A DNA stretch of 40,237 nt, from the NCBI GenBank assembly GCA_040377305.1, contig JBEIPA010000039.1, positions 1-40,237 on the forward strand, read 5' to 3'. Origin of the DNA: Flavobacteriales bacterium. GTDB taxonomy: Bacteria > Bacteroidota > Bacteroidia > Palsa-965. Shown here one piece after another: positions 35,530-40,237 of the stretch (its first letter is position 1; every line of letters starts with the position of its first letter). Made by a program: the position numbers and the translations under genes. Under the pieces are notes generated by a model. That model saw only the letters and a list, made by a program, of their open reading frames with translations, did no database searches and was not told the DNA's origin.

Positions 35530-37193
35530 AAAAGATATTGTTCCTTCTCCTCGCAGTTCTACCAAGCTGGCTTCTTGCCCACGACGGAGAAGTGCATACG
35601 GCTGTTGCTGCTCCAACGCAGGCAAAGAACTATTTTTCAACTGAAGCGTCATCGGATAAGTATGAAGTCTTGTTGCGCTATGCGCCGGTGATGCCGGGTG
35701 AACATGTCGATCTCACACTTTTCCTCAGCGATTTTCTTTCCAACATTGCCGTTGACAGTGCCACAATACAGCTCTCGTCTCCGGATGATGCTTCACTCCA
35801 GTTTGAAGTCACGAAAACACAAGCAGGAATATATTCCGTTCACGCGGAGTTCCCGGAAAAGAAAATGTACAAGATCAACGTGAATATAGTTGGACCGAAT
35901 GGCGCTGATCTTATTGCTTTGACTGGTGTTGATGTTGGAAAAGTATTGGAAGAAGAAGCGACTGAAGAACCAGTCTGGTATGAAAAAACCGGAGTAATAT
36001 TCACGGGTGGTTTGCTTGGCGGTTTGTTGATCATGTATTTGCTGATGAAGTTCAGCCGGAAGACTAAGACACTCATGCTCGTTCTTGCTTTTACAACTGC
36101 CCATGTTCCCACATCTCCGTTATTTGCTCATGGTGGAGATGATCACGATCACGGTGGGGATAATGGCAGTGGAGGCAACACCGGTTCAACAGCAATTTAC
36201 ATCGCGAAAGAAACACAGTTCCTGTTCGATATGACCACGGTGCGTCTCGAAACAGGAGACTTTACAGAGAGCACAGCATTGTATGGGACAATCGTTCCTG
36301 CATCGAATGGACAAGCACTCGTTCAACCTTCTCAAAGCGGAAAAATACATTCACTCAATGTCACTGTGGGCGAGAAAGTAACGAAGGGACAATTGCTTGC
36401 AATTCTTGAACCTTCACTGGACGCTTCATCGTTGGTGAACTTCGCAGTTGAACGTAACCGGGTGAACGCAGAATATACCGCAGCCGACTCTGAGTATAAG
36501 CGACTGCTTGATCTTAAAGGGATTGTTTCACAGCAAGACATTGATGAAGCTAAAGCACGATTCGAAACTGCAAAAAACAACAAAGCACTTTTCGAAGGTC
36601 TGGCTTCCGGCAATGGAGATCCATCAAGATTAATTTATCTACGCTCCCCTATTGAAGGAATCGTTCAAAACTTCACGTTGAGCATTGGCAGCACTGTAAA
36701 TGCCGGAGAAACAATTTTCACGGTTACTGATTTGTCCAAAGTGTACATCGAAACACAGGTGTTTGATCAGGACGTTGAAAAAATCACATCCGGCGGACGT
36801 TTCTCTGTAGAATGTACTACCGATAATCACAAATCCGGTGATGTTCGTTTGTTATCAATGGCACAATCAGTTAACGCATCCAATCAATCTCAACGCGTAT
36901 TGTTCGAAATGGATAATCGCGACGGTGAATTTAAAATTGGTGAGTTTGTCAACGTACGTGTCTTTGCAAAGGAACCTTCCCGCGAAATTACAGTACCGAA
37001 CAGTGCGATTACAGAAATCAACGGGCAACCGGCTGTCTTCATTAAAACTTCCGCTGAAAACTTCTCCATAAGCTATGTTCAGCTTGGAGAAGACAATGGA
37101 GATTTCACGGTCGTTCTAAAAGGAGTTGAAGAAAATGAACGCGTGATGTCCAGCGCGACGTACCAGGCAAAAATGATCTATCTAAACCAATAA
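35526..37193 (+). CDS. RND membrane-fusion protein (CzcB/CusB-like) with an extra N-terminal domain and His-rich linker
   Basis: GKIHSLNVTVGEKVTKGQLL, LRSPIEG, DLSKVYIE, KIGEFVNV, VPNSAI; AHDGEVH and AHGGDDHDH motifs. Confidence 0.88.
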   Translation: MKKILFLLLAVLPSWLLAHDGEVHTAVAAPTQAKNYFSTEASSDKYEVLLRYAPVMPGEHVDLTLFLSDFLSNIAVDSATIQLSSPDDASLQFEVTKTQAGIYSVHAEFPEKKMYKINVNIVGPNGADLIALTGVDVGKVLEEEATEEPVWYEKTGVIFTGGLLGGLLIMYLLMKFSRKTKTLMLVLAFTTAHVPTSPLFAHGGDDHDHGGDNGSGGNTGSTAIYIAKETQFLFDMTTVRLETGDFTESTALYGTIVPASNGQALVQPSQSGKIHSLNVTVGEKVTKGQLLAILEPSLDASSLVNFAVERNRVNAEYTAADSEYKRLLDLKGIVSQQDIDEAKARFETAKNNKALFEGLASGNGDPSRLIYLRSPIEGIVQNFTLSIGSTVNAGETIFTVTDLSKVYIETQVFDQDVEKITSGGRFSVECTTDNHKSGDVRLLSMAQSVNASNQSQRVLFEMDNRDGEFKIGEFVNVRVFAKEPSREITVPNSAITEINGQPAVFIKTSAENFSISYVQLGEDNGDFTVVLKGVEENERVMSSATYQAKMIYLNQ

Positions 37194-37200
37194 AAACAAA

Positions 37201-37237
37201 CATGAAATCCAAACAATGACAGTCTGGATTCACGAAT
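37201..37237 (+). repeat. 37-nt hairpin leader motif, copy C
   Basis: CATGAAATCCAAACAATGACAGTCTGGATTCACGAAT, 22 nt before ATGAGTAAA. Confidence 0.85.
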
Positions 37238-37259
37238 TCAAAATCTAAAATAAATTCAA

Positions 37260-38246
37260 ATGAGTAAAAAGTACAGCACAATCATCGGCGCATTCGCGCT
37301 GACATTAACCACAGCGTTCATCACGTCGTGTGGAAACGAAGGTCATGACAATCATTCCGATTCAGCAGCAGATACCACGGGTGGACATGAACACACCTAT
37401 GCATGTCCGATGCATCCTGAAGTCGTAGGCAAAGAAGGAGACGAATGCCCGAAATGCGGTATGGATCTCGTACACAACGACAATGCAGGAAACACCAATG
37501 AGTACAAAATGAATTTTTCCAGTTCAGTTGTTTCTCCCAAACCCGGTGAAGAAGTAACTCTAAGCTTCACTCCGAAAATCAGCGGAAAAGAATCTGAACA
37601 GGTTGCACTCGACGTGGTTCACGATAAAAAGATTCACCTCATCATTGTGAGTAAAGATTTGTCATGGTTCGACCATATTCACCCGGAGTACAACGCGGAT
37701 GGAAGCTACACCGTTGCCGAGAAATTTCCAGCGGCAGGAGAATACACGTTGTTTGCAGATTACACACCAACAGGCGGAAATCACCAGGTTGAAAAAATCG
37801 ATCTTACTGTTACAGGAACTCCGGCTGCAAGTGTTGCATTAACTGCGCAGAGATTGACCGGTAAAGCGGATGGTTATGACGTAACTATTACTAATGATGC
37901 GGGTTTTGTAACCAACAACATGCTTCACATGGGTGCGACAATCTCCAAAGACGGAAAAGAAGTCGCTGGTGCTGATCTCGAAAATTATCTCGGTGCAAAA
38001 GCGCACGTTGTAGTCATTGGATTGAATACCATGGAATACATGCACGTGCACCCTGAATTTGTAAATGGGAAATTTGATCTGCATACTACGTTCACTCAAC
38101 CTGGTATTTACAAAGGATGGTTTCAGTTTCAAACGAACGGACAGGTTCATACCACCGATTTTGTACTTGATGTGAAAGAAGGAAAATCCGGCGATGTGCA
38201 AGGTCACGATCACGACGGACATGATCACGACGGACATAATCATTAA
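37260..38246 (+). CDS. Heavy-metal-binding lipoprotein (YxCPMHP...CPxCGM domain, HxH motifs, His-rich tail)
   Basis: Lipobox ITS-C; YACPMHPEV...CPKCGMDL; FDHIHP, YLGAKAH, YMHVHP; GHDHDGHDHDGHNH. Confidence 0.88.
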   Translation: MSKKYSTIIGAFALTLTTAFITSCGNEGHDNHSDSAADTTGGHEHTYACPMHPEVVGKEGDECPKCGMDLVHNDNAGNTNEYKMNFSSSVVSPKPGEEVTLSFTPKISGKESEQVALDVVHDKKIHLIIVSKDLSWFDHIHPEYNADGSYTVAEKFPAAGEYTLFADYTPTGGNHQVEKIDLTVTGTPAASVALTAQRLTGKADGYDVTITNDAGFVTNNMLHMGATISKDGKEVAGADLENYLGAKAHVVVIGLNTMEYMHVHPEFVNGKFDLHTTFTQPGIYKGWFQFQTNGQVHTTDFVLDVKEGKSGDVQGHDHDGHDHDGHNH

Positions 38247-38264
38247 TCAGTAACTGAATCTACT

Positions 38265-40237
38265 ATGCTCAACAGGCTCATACGCTTTTCACTGGAGAAC
38301 CGGCTGTTCGTTGTTTCTGCCGCTGCCCTCCTGCTGGTCTACGGCGTGTACACGCTTGTGAGCTTGCCGGTAGATGTTCTTCCAGATCTGAATCGTCCAC
38401 GTGTTACGATCTTCCTCGAGGCGAACGGTATGGCCCCGGAAGAAGTGGAAACACAAGTTGTACTTCCGGTTGAAACTTCGCTGAACGGCGCAACCGGTGT
38501 TGAGTCGGTCCGCAGTAGTTCTTCGATTGGGATCGGAATGGTGTTTGTAGAATTCGATTGGAACACCGATATCTATCTGGCGCGACAACTCGTTGCAGAA
38601 AAACTACAGACGGTTCAATTACCCGATGGAATCACGCCGGTGATGGGACCAATCAGTTCTGTCATGGGTCAGATCATGCTCGTCGGCGTTACATCTGATA
38701 CGACCAGTGCACAAGATTTACGTACGCTTGCCGATTTCACCATCCGACGACGACTGATGAGCATCAGTGGAATATCACAAGTGATTTCTATTGGTGGAGA
38801 GCGCATGCAGTATCAGGTTTTGGTTTCTTCGGCTAATCTCAAGCAGTTCGGATTAACGATTGATGACATTGATCTAGCGCTAGGTTTAGGCAATCAGAAC
38901 AGCACCGGAGGTTTCTTCGACCGGTATGGATCAGAAGTGTTGATACGCACGGTTGGACGCGCTGAAACGCTGGAGGATTTACAAAATACAGTTGTAAAAA
39001 ACATTGATGGTTTACCTGTACTGCTTTCTCAGGTTGCCGATGTGCAATACGGAGCGGCTGTAAAGCGTGGGGATGCAAGCATTAATGGTCAGGCTTCTGT
39101 TATTCTCACAATCGAAAAACAACCAGGAGCGAATACAGTTGAACTAACTAAAGAGGTTGAGAAAGCACTTGCTGAATTACAGGCTTCCATGCCGCCGGAT
39201 GTAAAAATCAATCCTGACATTTTCCAGCAGAAACATTTCATTGTGAATTCTGTTTCGAATGTAGAAGAAGCACTGCGTGATGGATTCATTCTCGTAGTTC
39301 TTGTCCTGCTGCTTTTCCTGCTCAACTTCAAAACAACGATTATTACTTTGACAGCAATTCCGTTGTCACTCGTGGTAACAGCAATTGTATTCAAGCTATT
39401 CGGAATTTCCATCAATACATTGACACTGGGTGGACTCGCCATTGCAATCGGCGAACTTGTGGATGACGCCATTGTGGATGTAGAAAATGTATTCCGTCGC
39501 TTGCGTGAAAACCGGCTCAGCGCGAATCCGAAACCAGTTATGCTGGTGATTTATGAAGCAAGCAGTGAGGTACGGAACTCCATTGTTTATGCGACGATTA
39601 TCGTGGTGTTGGTGTTCATCCCGCTCTTCTACATGCAGGGAATGGAAGGGAAAATATTCGCGCCTCTAGGAATCGCATATATCACATCAATTGTCGCGTC
39701 ACTGGTCGTATCACTGACTGTAACTCCGGCACTTTGCAGTTATCTTCTTGGTAAAATGAAACCGAAGAAGGAAGAAGACAGCATGATGGTGCGTTTTCTC
39801 AAGCGTCAGGATCTGAAACTTCTGAATTGGGGACTCGACAGACCCAAATTTGTAATCGGTGTTGCAGTAGCCATGATTATTGCGTCCATAGCAATTGTGC
39901 CTTTTTTCGGAACTGAGTTTCTTCCACCGTTCAATGAAGGTTCGTTCACCGTGAATTTATCTGCGCCGGCCGGAACTTCCCTGGAAGAAAGTAATCGTAT
40001 CGGAACACGGGCAGAGGAATTACTCATGCAGGTTCCGGAAGTGCAATATGTAAGTCGAAGAACGGGACGCGCAGAGCTGGATGAACACGTGGAGCCCGTG
40101 AGCAATTCAGAAATTGAAGTTGAACTGGTTGAAAATCCAGAGCGATCGCGCGATGAAATACTCGCTGACATAAGAAACAAGCTTGCCATACTCGGAGGTG
40201 TTTCAGTAAACATTGGTCAACCGATTTCACACCGACT
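38265..40237 (+). CDS. czcA: CusA/CzcA-family heavy-metal RND permease (partial; runs off the window)
   Basis: Manual translation from ATG 38265: MLNRLIRFSLENRLFVV...LPVDVLPDLNRPRV...GMAPEEVETQV...TLGGLAIAIGELVDDAIVDVENV...GTEFLPPFNEG. Missing from the ORF track because no stop is in the window. Confidence 0.92.
   Translation, partial: MLNRLIRFSLENRLFVVSAAALLLVYGVYTLVSLPVDVLPDLNRPRVTIFLEANGMAPEEVETQVVLPVETSLNGATGVESVRSSSSIGIGMVFVEFDWNTDIYLARQLVAEKLQTVQLPDGITPVMGPISSVMGQIMLVGVTSDTTSAQDLRTLADFTIRRRLMSISGISQVISIGGERMQYQVLVSSANLKQFGLTIDDIDLALGLGNQNSTGGFFDRYGSEVLIRTVGRAETLEDLQNTVVKNIDGLPVLLSQVADVQYGAAVKRGDASINGQASVILTIEKQPGANTVELTKEVEKALAELQASMPPDVKINPDIFQQKHFIVNSVSNVEEALRDGFILVVLVLLLFLLNFKTTIITLTAIPLSLVVTAIVFKLFGISINTLTLGGLAIAIGELVDDAIVDVENVFRRLRENRLSANPKPVMLVIYEASSEVRNSIVYATIIVVLVFIPLFYMQGMEGKIFAPLGIAYITSIVASLVVSLTVTPALCSYLLGKMKPKKEEDSMMVRFLKRQDLKLLNWGLDRPKFVIGVAVAMIIASIAIVPFFGTEFLPPFNEGSFTVNLSAPAGTSLEESNRIGTRAEELLMQVPEVQYVSRRTGRAELDEHVEPVSNSEIEVELVENPERSRDEILADIRNKLAILGGVSVNIGQPISHR

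Noticed and set aside
30544-37237. 37-nt hairpin repeats read as integron attC sites or IS ends
   Set aside because: No RYYYAAC/GTTRRRY cores, no integrase or transposase in the window, no target duplications; the repeats sit 5' of genes.
38289-40230. Minus-strand ORFs at the right end
   Set aside because: Antisense shadows of the partial czcA/cusA gene.

Overview
Bacteroidota (Bacteroidetes) chromosomal window, judged from TAnnTTTG -7 promoter elements, A-rich start regions without Shine-Dalgarno sites, a T9SS C-terminal domain and SprB/HYR-like repeats. From left to right it holds: (1) the 5' part of a giant repeat-rich surface protein (<1..4637, minus strand, absent from the ORF track); (2) a stress/low-oxygen-like cluster (ubiB/ABC1 kinase, phasin-like, CBS, rhodanese, eRF1-like, DUF202), with TGA-N6-TCA boxes 23 bp from several promoters; (3) a KamA-family radical-SAM aminomutase with a structured leader, DUF389, and a Crp/Fnr - GNAT/nitrilase - histidine kinase - receiver cluster bracketed by two remotely homologous ~95-aa 'PEW' proteins; (4) an OmpR-family two-component system with at least five TTCTAA-N5-TTCTAA-N22-promoter sites that drive mostly small products (a candidate sRNA, a 23-aa ORF, a 92-aa protein, a lipoprotein) next to NhaD and CPA2 antiporters; (5) an oxidoreductase, Crp, methyltransferase, T9SS protein and MFS transporter; (6) a heavy-metal efflux region (HYC_CC_PP, HMA-AraC, HMA-MauE, a 34-aa Cys-Cys peptide, TolC, MFP, metal-binding lipoprotein, partial CusA/CzcA). 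The most unusual signals are non-coding: a 37-nt hairpin leader plus ATGAGTAAA start shared by three unrelated genes, the two-component small-product regulon, several candidate structured RNAs, and unannotated small ORFs. No CRISPR array, tRNA, rRNA or transposase was seen. All calls come from manual reading; no database searches were run.
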